The notes under the pieces are model-generated. The model saw only the letters and a program-made list of their open reading frames with translations. It did no database searches and was not told where the DNA came from. From a virus: a stretch of DNA of 64,000 bases. Made by a program: the position numbers and the translations under genes. Positions 35,772-46,502 of this stretch are shown piece by piece. The DNA is taken from positions 30,392 through 94,391 of IMG/VR virus record IMGVR_UViG_3300032053_000003. The stretch is one strand, 5' to 3'. How positions within the stretch are numbered: position 1 is the stretch's first letter; each line of letters begins with the position of its first letter.

Positions 35772-38700
35772 ATGTCATTAGCATTTGCTGCCAGGTTAGT
35801 AATAAATAATGTCGTAGACCTGGGGTCCAATATTTATGAAATAACAGGTAGGGTTTACGATTTTTCTATTTCTGGATATCTTGCTTCAGATGTTCAACTT
35901 GGGGATGTTATAATAGATGAGAATTCAGAGACTGGTGTAGTTAATAGGTGGAAGATTACTAATATAGTTTTAGCCAGTATTCGTAATCTTGTTTGTCATG
36001 TCGTATGGGACGATGAAGGTATAGAAGACCCAGCTGGTCCTCAGATTTGCCCAGCTGCTATTTGTAGTACATCTATTAATGTAAAGCTGGCTGAAGTACC
36101 TACTAGTACGTATTCCTTGCTTAGTGAGACCATCCTAACCAGAATTAATAATATCAATAATAGAGTCTTTATTGATCCTGCTATTACAGCAGGAACTAGT
36201 GGGTCCAGTGGTACATCTGGAGAGGGAGGAGGAACCAGTGGTTCTGGGTCGTCCTCTGGGACTAGTGGGATTTCTGGAGCCGATGGCTCCAGTGGTACTA
36301 GTGGTATTGGTCTTGATGGGTCTTCAGGTACGAGTGGAGCCGATGGGTCAAGTGGAACTAGTGGAGCCGATGGGTCAAGTGGAACCAGTGGAGCCGATGG
36401 AGTTGATGGGTCTTCAGGAACCAGTGGTATTGGTCTTGATGGTACATCAGGAACAAGTGGTGATTGGAGAAATGGGGTATATAACGAAATAATATCTGCT
36501 GATTCTGATGATTGTTATGTTACTCCAAATGATTCTGCAATTGATATAGGTCCTAGCCTAGTGGCTATGGGGAAGGGGGAGTTTAGTTTAGGTGCTGGTT
36601 TCAGATGGAATGGTTTGAATATACCGCAAGGTTCTCTTATTACAACTGCTTATGTGTCTTTAACCTCTGCTGATGATATTTCTAATGAAGACTGTATTAT
36701 TCAAATAAAAGGTGAAGCATCTGATAATGCAATTACTTTTTCTACCTATGAAGATTATGCTGCTCGATCTTTAACTGCAGCATCAGTAGCTTTTATTTTT
36801 CCTCCATCTACAGGAGATGTTGTTTATACTACTCCTGAATTAAAAACAATTATTCAAGAGATTGTGAATAGATCTAGTTGGCAAGTAGGGAATTCTATTG
36901 TTTTGTTTTTTGATGATAATGGTTCAACAGCATATGCACAACGAAATGTGTGTGATTTTGGGGCAAATCCTACAAAAGCTGCTAAACTTTATTTGCAATG
37001 GGACTCTTCTAATGGGCCTCAAGGATTACCTGGTGTTGATGGCACCTCAGGTTCAAGTGGGTCTTCAGGTACCAGTGGAGCCGATGGAGCTGATGGGTCA
37101 AGTGGAACCAGTGGGATCGATGGAGCTGATGGGTCTTCGGGAACCAGTGGTATTGGTCTTGATGGGTCTTCAGGAACCAGTGGAGTTGATGGAGCCGATG
37201 GGTCAAGTGGTACATCAGGTTTTGGGTCTTCAGGGACCAGTGGTATTGGTCTTGATGGGTCTTCAGGTACGAGTGGAGCCGATGGCTCCAGTGGGACCAG
37301 TGGTATTGGTCTTGATGGGTCTTCAGGTACGAGTGGAGCCGATGGGTCTTCAGGTACGAGTGGAGCCGATGGGTCAAGTGGAACTAGTGGAGCCGATGGG
37401 TCAAGTGGGACTTCAGGATCTTCAGGTACTTCAGGAGTAGATGCTCAGGCTACTAATTCTGTCTATGTTGATAGGGCTAGGGGTGACACATACACTCCTA
37501 CAGGAAGTGTAACCAAACCTTTTAAGACCCTCCAGGCTGCATTTGATTATATCGGACAGCCAACATTACCAGCTGACTTTAATGATGCTGCTAAATTCGG
37601 TTATAATGTTTATGTAGCTCCTGGGATATATACTGAGACACTAACTATTCCAGCTCGTCCTTCCATTAATGTATTTGTTGATGGTGTAAAAATAGTAGGT
37701 AATGTCACTTGGAATTTTGATGGCACTACGTTAACAGGTGCTTTAACACATCCAGAATTAGCTTTTATTGGTGATAATTTCCGTAATGCCTACAATACAG
37801 ATGGGCATCCTTTGACATGTACTATTGTAGGAAACCTTACAATAACACAGATTGCTGGTAGTTCAGGGAGTGGTGCTAGAGGACCCATTCTTATGCTTCG
37901 TGGTGCAGGTGTTGTTGGTAACATTACTTATAATACTAGTGGTACAGCAACAGGTTATAAATCTTTTACACAAATGCGTGATAGTATCTATACTGGTACT
38001 TTATCTACTGTGGGAGCAGGAGTTTCTAATTTACTGTACATTAGCAATTGTGATACCTCATCTTCCTATGCTGTAGGAGCCATTTCTGGAAATGTTTCTT
38101 TATATGTCCTTAGGAATGTACGGTTAGTTGGTACAGTAGTTTCTACTTCTAATAATGGTGGTAGGTGGTTTAATGTAACTTTTGGTGCTGTTGCTCATGA
38201 TTTTACAAATTGTTCTGGTACATTTAGTTGTGATGCCAATTCATATTCTAGTTTTTATGCTAATGTAACCAATAAGGGAGCAGGGGTATTCACGCTGATA
38301 GATGAAGCTAAAGGTGTGAAGAATGATTCAAATGTAACTGGTGTTTCTGTTAAAGATGCATTGAATAATCTGTTAGCTTTGGTAGGTACAAGTGGAACTT
38401 CAGGTACCTCTGGTTCCAGAGGTGTTGATGGATCAAGTGGGACTTCAGGGGCTGGGTTACCTGGAACTTCAGGTACCAGTGGAGCTGATGGGTCAAGTGG
38501 AACCAGTGGAGCCGATGGAGCTGATGGGTCTTCGGGAACCAGTGGGATCGATGGAGCTGATGGGTCTTCGGGAACCAGTGGTATTGGTCTTGATGGGTCT
38601 TCAGGAACCAGTGGAGTTGATGGAGCCGATGGAGCTGATGGGTCTTCGGGAACCAGTGGTATTGGTCTTGATGGGTCTTCAGGAACCAGTGGTATTGGTC

Positions 38701-40511
38701 TTGATGGGTCTTCAGGAACCAGTGGTATTGGTCTTGATGGGTCTTCAGGTACGAGTGGTATTGGTCTTGATGGGTCTTCAGGTACGAGTGGTATTGGTCT
38801 TGATGGGTCTTCAGGTACGAGTGGTATTGGTCTTGATGGGTCTTCAGGTACGAGTGGTATTGGTCTTGATGGGTCTTCAGGAACCAGTGGAGCTGATGGA
38901 GCCGATGGGTCTTCAGGAACCAGTGGAGCTGATGGGTCTTCAGGAACCAGTGGATTTGGAACTTCTGGTACGTCAGGAATTTCAGGCTCCAGTGGCACCT
39001 CAGCTACTTCTGGAGGAGGGGCAGGGGATGGTACTATTCTTCTTGGAGAACTTCCTTCAGGACAGATCTATGATGGTTTGATAACCCTTACGGAGACTGA
39101 TCAGGTGAATGAATCTATCAATTGGATTAATGAGATGCTTATTCTGATCTCCCCTGCAAAGCCTGAGATGCTCACAGGGGATGCTCTTGTTCTTACTGGT
39201 ACTGCTAAATATAGTGCTAAGGTGCCTTCTGGTCTTGTTGCAGCTTGGTATCTTGGTGGTGTGTCAGCTGGGGATACCATCACTGATTACGTTACAGACA
39301 ATACATTCCGTCTGACAACACCATCAACTTCAACAGAGTTTTATAACGGGATGTATACAGCTCCTGGTGGGACTTTGAATCTGTATGCAGGTGCCTCTAT
39401 TATCGATACCATCTCTACTGCAACAGCTGGCTCTTCTACGATGTTGACAGTATCTGATGTTGCAACTTACAACTCTATCTGGAGCAAAGCTAATGCTTAT
39501 GCAGATATCACTCAGACTGCTGAGGGCTATCTGTATTACAATTTTAATCACTCACTTGCTGGTGTAACAAACAATCTTGTAGTCAGGTATGATGATGTTC
39601 ATTCCACTCCTTCATTCTCATCAGCTCTTTCCATTGCTGAGAATACACCAGTCTGGAAGTATTTGTCAGGCATTCAGTATTATGGTCAGGGAACTACTCT
39701 AAATATTTCTTATACAGCTGCTGCTGGTATATTTACAAAATGTTATCATCCAACAGCAGTGGCAGTTATTTCCCAGAATGCTGTTGCCTTTGCAACCTTC
39801 AACTACAATCCTGCATCAATACCTGCTTATAACGATAACTGGATAGTGACTGGTTACACAGTGACATTGAGTGTGGCAAATAAGTCTTCTAATTCACCTA
39901 CTATTTCAGTAACCTTACAGAAGCCCACAGGTACCCAGGTTGTCTCTACTGCAAGCCTTGCTAAGAAACTTTGTACTTATGGTAACTATTCCACAACAAC
40001 TATAGAGTATTTCTTTGATGAGGCTTACAGGCTTGAGATAGGTACTGACACTGCTTGGACTTCATCAGCTACTTTGATAGATGACAATGCTCAGGTTCGT
40101 AATGGCTTTTTGCAGTGGCCTGATTCAGGGGATTACCCTACTGGGTTCTCAGGTGATCAGGAGTACCAGAGAAAGTTTACAAAAGTATCAGCATCCACTG
40201 GTACTTTAACCTTCTCAGGTATTACTTATTCTCAGATTTCTGCTTACGGTACTGGGGACCTCAATATTCTCCTTTATCTTGATACTGATGCCATATGGTT
40301 TGATCTTGGTCAGCTTGTTGGTTTTGGTGGGAATGGTTCTACACGAGCTTTGGCTATAGGTGCTCAGGGTTCAGGTTCAGGTGGACTTGTTAATTGGTCA
40401 ATAGGTACTTACAGTACAGGACCTTCTGGTTCAGGAAACTTCGGTAAATATAGGCTTGTCATTATCTTTAGGAACACCAACAGAACAATTACCCAGATAG
40501 TGTCTGCATAA
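35772..40511 (+). CDS. giant fibre/tailspike protein (1579 aa): collagen-like GXY blocks + right-handed beta-helix (pectate-lyase-fold-like) domain + C-terminal domains
   Basis: Multiple GSSGTSG[AI]DG blocks. The segment KPFKTLQAAFDYIGQPT...YNVYVAPGIYTETLTIPARPSINVFVDGVKIVGNV matches the N-terminal cap of pectin-lyase-fold depolymerases. Confidence 0.7.
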   Translation: MSLAFAARLVINNVVDLGSNIYEITGRVYDFSISGYLASDVQLGDVIIDENSETGVVNRWKITNIVLASIRNLVCHVVWDDEGIEDPAGPQICPAAICSTSINVKLAEVPTSTYSLLSETILTRINNINNRVFIDPAITAGTSGSSGTSGEGGGTSGSGSSSGTSGISGADGSSGTSGIGLDGSSGTSGADGSSGTSGADGSSGTSGADGVDGSSGTSGIGLDGTSGTSGDWRNGVYNEIISADSDDCYVTPNDSAIDIGPSLVAMGKGEFSLGAGFRWNGLNIPQGSLITTAYVSLTSADDISNEDCIIQIKGEASDNAITFSTYEDYAARSLTAASVAFIFPPSTGDVVYTTPELKTIIQEIVNRSSWQVGNSIVLFFDDNGSTAYAQRNVCDFGANPTKAAKLYLQWDSSNGPQGLPGVDGTSGSSGSSGTSGADGADGSSGTSGIDGADGSSGTSGIGLDGSSGTSGVDGADGSSGTSGFGSSGTSGIGLDGSSGTSGADGSSGTSGIGLDGSSGTSGADGSSGTSGADGSSGTSGADGSSGTSGSSGTSGVDAQATNSVYVDRARGDTYTPTGSVTKPFKTLQAAFDYIGQPTLPADFNDAAKFGYNVYVAPGIYTETLTIPARPSINVFVDGVKIVGNVTWNFDGTTLTGALTHPELAFIGDNFRNAYNTDGHPLTCTIVGNLTITQIAGSSGSGARGPILMLRGAGVVGNITYNTSGTATGYKSFTQMRDSIYTGTLSTVGAGVSNLLYISNCDTSSSYAVGAISGNVSLYVLRNVRLVGTVVSTSNNGGRWFNVTFGAVAHDFTNCSGTFSCDANSYSSFYANVTNKGAGVFTLIDEAKGVKNDSNVTGVSVKDALNNLLALVGTSGTSGTSGSRGVDGSSGTSGAGLPGTSGTSGADGSSGTSGADGADGSSGTSGIDGADGSSGTSGIGLDGSSGTSGVDGADGADGSSGTSGIGLDGSSGTSGIGLDGSSGTSGIGLDGSSGTSGIGLDGSSGTSGIGLDGSSGTSGIGLDGSSGTSGIGLDGSSGTSGADGADGSSGTSGADGSSGTSGFGTSGTSGISGSSGTSATSGGGAGDGTILLGELPSGQIYDGLITLTETDQVNESINWINEMLILISPAKPEMLTGDALVLTGTAKYSAKVPSGLVAAWYLGGVSAGDTITDYVTDNTFRLTTPSTSTEFYNGMYTAPGGTLNLYAGASIIDTISTATAGSSTMLTVSDVATYNSIWSKANAYADITQTAEGYLYYNFNHSLAGVTNNLVVRYDDVHSTPSFSSALSIAENTPVWKYLSGIQYYGQGTTLNISYTAAAGIFTKCYHPTAVAVISQNAVAFATFNYNPASIPAYNDNWIVTGYTVTLSVANKSSNSPTISVTLQKPTGTQVVSTASLAKKLCTYGNYSTTTIEYFFDEAYRLEIGTDTAWTSSATLIDDNAQVRNGFLQWPDSGDYPTGFSGDQEYQRKFTKVSASTGTLTFSGITYSQISAYGTGDLNILLYLDTDAIWFDLGQLVGFGGNGSTRALAIGAQGSGSGGLVNWSIGTYSTGPSGSGNFGKYRLVIIFRNTNRTITQIVSA
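38658..38888 (+). repeat. perfect 33-bp x 7 coding tandem repeat (GIGLDGSSGTS G units)
   Basis: GGTATTGGTCTTGATGGGTCTTCAGG(A/T)AC(C/G)AGT repeated 7 times head to tail. Confidence 0.9.
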
Positions 40512-40512
40512 T

Positions 40513-40845
40513 ATGAGTAAGGCATACCAACTTCTTTTTGAAATATTGAACCCTCACTACCATCTTCGTTTACGAGAGGGGATAGAGGTTAGGAAGGTTC
40601 TTAAATCTACTGATAATGGTAGTTGGGTAGAGAAGGAAGAGATCTGGGGTCTTAATGGTAATACAGATGATGACACCCCAATGATTACTGCATACACTCC
40701 TTCTGGTGATTATCTCGGTGATCCTGATTTTGCTAAAATGTTAGTTAAGAAAGGGATCACTCAGTTTGAGAATACTGAGCCAGATCACTGTGTTTGCTCC
40801 ATAGGTTTTAATCCTGAGAAAAGAATGGAGTGGGTGGAGTCATAG
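40513..40845 (+). CDS. MSKA-tag family protein (MSKAYQLLFEILNP...)
   Basis: 110-aa ORF starting 1 nt after the fibre stop. Confidence 0.5.
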   Translation: MSKAYQLLFEILNPHYHLRLREGIEVRKVLKSTDNGSWVEKEEIWGLNGNTDDDTPMITAYTPSGDYLGDPDFAKMLVKKGITQFENTEPDHCVCSIGFNPEKRMEWVES

Positions 40846-40886
40846 GGCTATATTTTCTTTTGGTATAGGATCAAAAGTTAAAAAAG

Positions 40887-41273
40887 GTGACTGTGGCTAC
40901 ACTCCTGAAAAAGGTGAGTGGGAAGCAAAAACCATTGAAGATGCCAAACTTATGGCTACAGAGTTTGCAAAAGGAGTGTCGTGATATGAGTAAAGCTATT
41001 GGTCTTCTTATGTTGCTTGAGGATGCATCTATTGTAGATAAGTACAAAGACTCCTTAGCCAAACTTAATTCACCCAAAAGAAAAGAGATTATTAAGGCTG
41101 CTTTTGCCAAGGGTGAGAAGTTTGCTGTGAAGCAGGGCTTGATGAAGATGAACAAAGAAGAGCCACTGGACCCTAAAGAGTATAATGCTCTTCTGGACTA
41201 TATGAGTGACCTTGAAAGAAAACCAACTGCTGTTAAGTCAAAGAGTTTTGCAAGTCGTTTCCTGGCCTTTTAA
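40887..41273 (+). CDS. hypothetical protein
   Basis: 128-aa ORF. Confidence 0.45.
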   Translation: MTVATLLKKVSGKQKPLKMPNLWLQSLQKECRDMSKAIGLLMLLEDASIVDKYKDSLAKLNSPKRKEIIKAAFAKGEKFAVKQGLMKMNKEEPLDPKEYNALLDYMSDLERKPTAVKSKSFASRFLAF

Positions 41274-41293
41274 CTAGATCCTGTGAGGCAATA

Positions 41294-41494
41294 ATGAATC
41301 GTTCAAAAAGACTCTTGGTTCTTCTGCGTGAAGAGAACGAAGATAAAGATGGGTGGGTAGGAGTGGATCTTGATTCAACCTTAGCCTTTTATGATGAGTG
41401 GAAAGGTAATGACTATATAGGGAAGCCAATTCCTGAGATGGTCAAGAAAGTTAAGAGTCTTTTGGATCAGGGTAAGCAAGTTAAGATCATATGA
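41294..41494 (+). CDS. hypothetical protein
   Basis: 66-aa ORF. Confidence 0.4.
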   Translation: MNRSKRLLVLLREENEDKDGWVGVDLDSTLAFYDEWKGNDYIGKPIPEMVKKVKSLLDQGKQVKII

Positions 41495-41682
41495 CTGCAC
41501 GAGTTCATCCTGACAATGAAGATGTAGAAGGTATCAGGGAACTTATTCAGAAATGGTGTGAAGAACATCTTGGTCAGGTTCTCCCTGTTACCCATGAGAA
41601 AGACCACAAAATGATTGAACTTTGGGATGACCGATGCAGACAAGTTATTAAAAATACTGGCAGGTTCATTGATGAGGATTAA
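41491..41682 (+). CDS. hypothetical protein
   Basis: 63-aa ORF. Confidence 0.4.
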   Translation: MTARVHPDNEDVEGIRELIQKWCEEHLGQVLPVTHEKDHKMIELWDDRCRQVIKNTGRFIDED

Positions 41683-41720
41683 TCTCTATAGAATTTACCC
41701 TCATATGGAGGATTTTTTAA

Positions 41721-44700
41721 ATGTGGACTAAGGAAGATCGAAGCTTCAAGACCCTGATTAATCGTAGGACAACTGATTCTACAGGTAAATATTGGTATAA
41801 TGAAGTTTCTGATTCTACGTTAAATGTCCATATCAGTGAGATATGGTCTGACACTATCAATGAATCTCCTGCCCAGGCAGTTATTGATGGTGTTGCAGAG
41901 TTAAGAACTCTTTTCACCTTAACTGAAGATACCACAGTACCTCTTCAGTACTGTTACTACGCATACTCTGGTGATAGGCTTAAAGACTGGATTTCTACAA
42001 AATATGGTAGTGGGTACACTGTTCACCTTTTTGACAATAACAATGTAGAGATAGGTCCTACAAATGCTTGTCAGTGGTTTTTTGACAATCAAACTGGAAT
42101 TTTAACCTTCAATGCTTCTGTTGCTGCTTTTGCCAAGCCTTTTAAGATTACTGGTTATAGGTACATAGGAGCCAAAGGTGTGGGCACCTCAGGTGCTGGC
42201 ACATCTGGTACATCGGGTATCAATGGGTCAAGTGGTACATCTGGTATAGGTTTTTCTGGCACCTCAGGTACATCTGGTGTGGGCACTTCTGGAACTTCAA
42301 GTATTGGTGTCGATGGCTCTTCAGGTACATCAGGTCTTAGTGGCTCAAGTGGTACTTCGGGACCAGGGGGGTCAAGTGGAACCTCAGGTTTCAGTGGTAC
42401 AGCAGGACAGGGATTCAGTTGGGAGAGTCAGTGGACAGCAAGTAAAGTTTACCAAGCTTATGATGTTGTAAAGACTGATTACAATTCTTACGTTTGTCAC
42501 TTGGGTCATACATCAACTTATAATGATCAACCTGGTGTAGGTCCTAATTGGGGTAATTACTGGGATACTTTTACTGAGGGTGGAATAGGATCTTCAGGTA
42601 CATCTGGATCAGGATCTTCAGGAACCAGTGGTTCTGGCTCCAGTGGCTCAAGTGGGTCTTCGGGCACAAGTGGCTCTTCAGGCTCTTCAGGAACCTCAGG
42701 TTCAAGTGGATCTTCAGGGACTGGTTTTTACTGGGATGACATGTGGCAGTATGATCATGCCTATGGAGTAAATGCTGTAGTTGAAAGTCTTAAAAGTTGC
42801 TACATTTGTAAGATATCTCATATCTCAACTTATGAAGATGAGCCAGGTGTTGATGCCTCTGGTCATGACTGGGAAACCTATTGGGATCTTATGGTTCCTG
42901 GTGGTGTTGGGTCTTCAGGTACGAGTGGGTCCAGTGGTTCAAGTGGTTCAAATGGTTCTTCAGGATCAAGTGGGACTTCAGGCTCTAGTGGTAAAGGTTT
43001 CATATGGGGAGGGGAATGGTCTACTTATCGTACTTTTTATACTTATAATGTAGTATCTCATTTGCATCATGGTACTTTTGTTTGTATTCAAGATCATATA
43101 TCTGATCCTATGTATCATGCTTATGAGCCTATGGGTAACGAAGATTGGCAGTCTTACTGGCAACCTTTTGCATTAAGTGGTACATCAGGTTCATCGGGTG
43201 CTAATGGGTCTTCAGGAACCTCAGGCTCAAGTGGAAAAGGATTCACATGGACAGGTGCTTGGATCATAAGTCATGTATATGATGAGACTCAAATGGTGGA
43301 GAATGGTTCAGACAGTTATGTCTGTACTGTATCCCATACTTCAGATGCCCTCAATGAACCTGGTAATGAACTTACAGGTAATGATTGGGAAGATTACTGG
43401 GATCGTTTCCTTCCTGGTGGGAATCCTGGATCTTCTGGCTCTAGTGGCTCAAGTGGTACAAGTGGCTCCAGTGGGTCATCAGGAACCTCAGGCTCCAGTG
43501 GTACAGGTGGATTTAAGTGGGCAGGTGGTTGGTATGAATATCCAAGTCATCTTTATCAGGTTCATGATGTAGTATCTCATAATCCGTGGGGAACTTTCGT
43601 ATGTATTCAGCAGCATCTTTCTGAATATAATCATGAGCCAGAGGTAGATGGTGACTGGCAGTCATACTGGCAGTATTTTGCTCCTGCTGGCACATCGGGT
43701 TCATCAGGTGTTAATGGGTCTTCAGGTACAAGTGGAGTTTCACCTGCATTTACTAGTATTCTCAGTCAGGATCTTGATGCCAATGAATGGAGTATTGTCC
43801 ATCTTAATTCTGTATCATGGAATTCAGAGTACAACTATGGTGATGCTGGAACTTCAGCTACTATTAATTGGACAGAAGGTCAGATCCAGAAGGTAATTCT
43901 TACTAAGCCTAGTATCATAAATTTTAGTAATCCTGTAGGTGTTGGGTATTATCTGATCAGGTTGGTTACTGGTGGCTATAATGCAGTATTTCCAAGTGTG
44001 ATTTGGGCAGGTGGTTTAACTCCTACTTTTGGTGCTGAGGCTGTAAACCTAGTTTACATTTATTTTAATGGTGTTACCTATTATGGTCATGTTTGGGGTC
44101 AGGGAGGCACTTCAGGCACGAGTGGGTCTTGTACGTTTACCAGTACTCTTGAGACTGATCTTGATGCAAATAATCACAATATTATTCATCTTAACTCAGT
44201 TTGTTATAATGCAGAGTATAATTATGGGGACTCAGGCTCGATAGCTACTATAGATTGGACAGAAGGTCAGTTACAGAAGATAGATCTCACTGATGATTGT
44301 GAGATTTCTCTCTCTAATCCTAAGGGTGTTGGATATTATCTGATCAGGTTGGTTACAGGACTTGGTTCAGGTTATGGTTACAATGCAACATTCCCTGATG
44401 TAGTTTGGACGGGTCCTACTCCTGTTTTTGGTGATGATCTTGAGAATGTAATCTATTTTTACTTCAACGGTATTAATTATTATGGTCATGTTTGGGGTAC
44501 AGGTGGGACTGGTGGAACCAGTGGTTCTGGCACCAGTGGGACTTCAGGTGTATCTGGGTCTTCAGGGACTAGTGGGGAGGCTGGAACCTCTGGAGTAGCT
44601 GGCACCAGTGGGACTTCTGGTTCCAATGGTTCTTCAGGGACTTCAGGCTTGATTTCAACTTATCAGTACTCAAATACATATTCTGCTTCTACATCCTGGG

Positions 44701-44870
44701 AAGTTGCTCATAATCTTGCAGCTGATCTTGTGATGGTACAGTGTTTCAGTGATGACTCTCCTAAGAAAGTAATAATGCCCTATGATATTACATTGGATAC
44801 TACCAATCAGTGTACTGTTAATTGGGGTGATTCATCTGTTGCTGGTAGTGTTTGTGTTTTGAAGTTTTAG
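41721..44870 (+). CDS. fibre protein with six CBM5/12-like (chitin-binding type 3-like) carbohydrate-binding repeats separated by GSSGTSG linkers, and duplicated C-terminal domains
   Basis: Six copies of W...Y.aYDVV......YVC...HTS....PG....W..YW (e.g. QWTASKVYQAYDVVKTDYNSYVCHLGHTSTYNDQPGVGPNWGNYWDTF). Two approximately 120-aa C-terminal repeats (DLDANEWSIVHLNSV... / DLDANNHNIIHLNSV...). Confidence 0.7.
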   Translation: MWTKEDRSFKTLINRRTTDSTGKYWYNEVSDSTLNVHISEIWSDTINESPAQAVIDGVAELRTLFTLTEDTTVPLQYCYYAYSGDRLKDWISTKYGSGYTVHLFDNNNVEIGPTNACQWFFDNQTGILTFNASVAAFAKPFKITGYRYIGAKGVGTSGAGTSGTSGINGSSGTSGIGFSGTSGTSGVGTSGTSSIGVDGSSGTSGLSGSSGTSGPGGSSGTSGFSGTAGQGFSWESQWTASKVYQAYDVVKTDYNSYVCHLGHTSTYNDQPGVGPNWGNYWDTFTEGGIGSSGTSGSGSSGTSGSGSSGSSGSSGTSGSSGSSGTSGSSGSSGTGFYWDDMWQYDHAYGVNAVVESLKSCYICKISHISTYEDEPGVDASGHDWETYWDLMVPGGVGSSGTSGSSGSSGSNGSSGSSGTSGSSGKGFIWGGEWSTYRTFYTYNVVSHLHHGTFVCIQDHISDPMYHAYEPMGNEDWQSYWQPFALSGTSGSSGANGSSGTSGSSGKGFTWTGAWIISHVYDETQMVENGSDSYVCTVSHTSDALNEPGNELTGNDWEDYWDRFLPGGNPGSSGSSGSSGTSGSSGSSGTSGSSGTGGFKWAGGWYEYPSHLYQVHDVVSHNPWGTFVCIQQHLSEYNHEPEVDGDWQSYWQYFAPAGTSGSSGVNGSSGTSGVSPAFTSILSQDLDANEWSIVHLNSVSWNSEYNYGDAGTSATINWTEGQIQKVILTKPSIINFSNPVGVGYYLIRLVTGGYNAVFPSVIWAGGLTPTFGAEAVNLVYIYFNGVTYYGHVWGQGGTSGTSGSCTFTSTLETDLDANNHNIIHLNSVCYNAEYNYGDSGSIATIDWTEGQLQKIDLTDDCEISLSNPKGVGYYLIRLVTGLGSGYGYNATFPDVVWTGPTPVFGDDLENVIYFYFNGINYYGHVWGTGGTGGTSGSGTSGTSGVSGSSGTSGEAGTSGVAGTSGTSGSNGSSGTSGLISTYQYSNTYSASTSWEVAHNLAADLVMVQCFSDDSPKKVIMPYDITLDTTNQCTVNWGDSSVAGSVCVLKF

Positions 44871-44955
44871 AATTACCTTACTCTTGGATGGTCTAGGGGT
44901 AAGTCACTTAATACCAAACGCATAATTGGTATCTATCAAATAACGAGGTGAAATA

Positions 44956-46413
44956 ATGAGGTACTATGGTGTGGAGATGAAGGGTATCCTTCTAATCCAA
45001 AAGGTAGCTGAAAAGCCAGTGTGGGGAACTTCAGATGAGGGTCGTTTCATATATGATCTGGATACCAAGAAGACCTACTATGGTGATAATACCGATTGGA
45101 AAGAGTGGGGTACTTCGGGTACCTCTGGCTCCAGTGGGTCTTCAGGTACTTCTGGCTCAAGTGGTACCTCTGGCTCCAGTGGGTCTGATGGCTCCAGTGG
45201 TACAAGTGGCTCTAGTGGGTCTTCAGGAACCAGTGGCTCCAGTGGGTCTGATGGCTCATCGGGTACCAGTGGCTCTAGTGGATCTTCAGGTACAAGTGGC
45301 TCAAGTGGGTCTTCAGGTACCAGTGGCTCCAGTGGGTCTGATGGCTCATCGGGTACCAGTGGCTCTAGTGGGTCTTCAGGTACAAGTGGCTCAAGTGGGT
45401 CTTCAGGTACCAGTGGCTCCAGTGGGTCTGATGGCTCATCGGGTACCAGTGGCTCTAGTGGGTCTTCAGGTACAAGTGGCTCAAGTGGGTCTGATGGCTC
45501 ATCGGGTACCAGTGGGTCTTCAGGTACAAGTGGCTCTAGTGGTTCTTCAGGAACCAGTGGGTCTTCAGGTACAAGTGGCTCCAGTGGGTCTTCAGGTACA
45601 AGTGGCTCCAGTGGGTCTTCAGGTACAAGTGGCTCCAGTGGGTCTGATGGCTCATCGGGTACCAGTGGCTCCAGTGGTTCATCGGGTACAAGTGGTTCTA
45701 GTGGGTCTTCAGGTACGAGTGGGTCTGATGGCTCCAGTGGTACAAGTGGCTCAAGTGGGTCTTCAGGAACCAGTGGCTCAAGTGGGTCTGATGGCTCCAG
45801 TGGTACTTCTGGCTCAAGTGGGTCTGATGGCTCAAGTGGTACTTCTGGCTCAAGTGGGTCTTCAGGTACCAGTGGTTCTTCAGGCTCCAGTGGTACAAGT
45901 GGCTCCAGTGGGTCTGATGGTTCTTCAGGTACCAGTGGCTCCAGTGGTACAAGTGGCTCTAGTGGGTCTTCAGGAACCAGTGGCTCCAGTGGGTCTGATG
46001 GCTCATCGGGTACCAGTGGCTCTAGTGGGTCTTCAGGTACAAGTGGCTCAAGTGGGTCTTCAGGAACCAGTGGCTCCAGTGGGTCTGATGGCTCATCGGG
46101 TACCAGTGGCTCTAGTGGGTCTTCAGGTACAAGTGGCTCAAGTGGGTCTAGTGGGTCTTCAGGAACCAGTGGCTCCAGTGGTACTTCTCCTATTGAGACC
46201 TATTCCAATACTTATGCTGCTTCCACTTCATGGACAGTAGAACATGCTCTTAACAGTAGTACTCTTCTGGTGCAGTGTTGGGATGCCTCAACTTCAGGGG
46301 TACAGATGATCATTCCTAACTCAATTGTAATCGATACTGTTAACCAGATCATTGTTAACTGGGGTGATTCGGTGGTGGATGGAAGAGTTTGTGTTATTAA
46401 GCTTCTTCCGTAG
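44956..46413 (+). CDS. collagen-like GXY repeat fibre with conserved N-terminal anchor domain (MRYYGVEMKGILL...)
   Basis: about 360 uninterrupted residues of GSSGTSGSSGSDG; N-terminus paralogous to those of 46503 and 51553 genes; C-terminus similar to that of 41721 gene (NWGDSVVDGRVCVIK vs NWGDSSVAGSVCVLK). Confidence 0.7.
   Translation: MRYYGVEMKGILLIQKVAEKPVWGTSDEGRFIYDLDTKKTYYGDNTDWKEWGTSGTSGSSGSSGTSGSSGTSGSSGSDGSSGTSGSSGSSGTSGSSGSDGSSGTSGSSGSSGTSGSSGSSGTSGSSGSDGSSGTSGSSGSSGTSGSSGSSGTSGSSGSDGSSGTSGSSGSSGTSGSSGSDGSSGTSGSSGTSGSSGSSGTSGSSGTSGSSGSSGTSGSSGSSGTSGSSGSDGSSGTSGSSGSSGTSGSSGSSGTSGSDGSSGTSGSSGSSGTSGSSGSDGSSGTSGSSGSDGSSGTSGSSGSSGTSGSSGSSGTSGSSGSDGSSGTSGSSGTSGSSGSSGTSGSSGSDGSSGTSGSSGSSGTSGSSGSSGTSGSSGSDGSSGTSGSSGSSGTSGSSGSSGSSGTSGSSGTSPIETYSNTYAASTSWTVEHALNSSTLLVQCWDASTSGVQMIIPNSIVIDTVNQIIVNWGDSVVDGRVCVIKLLP
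45115..46190 (+). repeat. about 1.1-kb low-complexity coding tandem array (9/18/90-bp periodicities, GSSGTSGSSGSDG)
   Basis: e.g. 90-bp units at 45241-45330, 45331-45420, 45421-45510 are near-identical. Confidence 0.85.
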
Positions 46414-46434
46414 GTAGTCAACATTTGAAGTACA

Positions 46435-46482
46435 GTGGTGGAGTCTTCGGACTCCACCACATATTCGTCTTTATTCATTCTT
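46435..46482 (+). terminator. rho-independent terminator
   Basis: 11-bp perfect stem GTGGTGGAGTC-TTCG-GACTCCACCAC followed by T-rich tract ATATTCGTCTTTATTCATTCTT. Confidence 0.6.
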
Positions 46483-46502
46483 AAACTTCAGAGGAGTACA
46501 TA

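Noticed and set aside
44915-44936. Hairpin ATACCAA-ACGCATAA-TTGGTAT downstream of the 41721 fibre gene, and tRNA-like look of GGTCTAGGGGTAAG at 44890
   Set aside because: It is a short 7-bp AT-rich stem without a following T-tract. No cloverleaf could be folded around the D-loop-like string. It was left unannotated.
38658-46190. CRISPR array considered for the regular tandem repeats
   Set aside because: Units are head-to-tail with no unique spacers, are multiples of 3 nt, and lie inside long ORFs encoding GXY repeats. They are coding repeats, not CRISPR.
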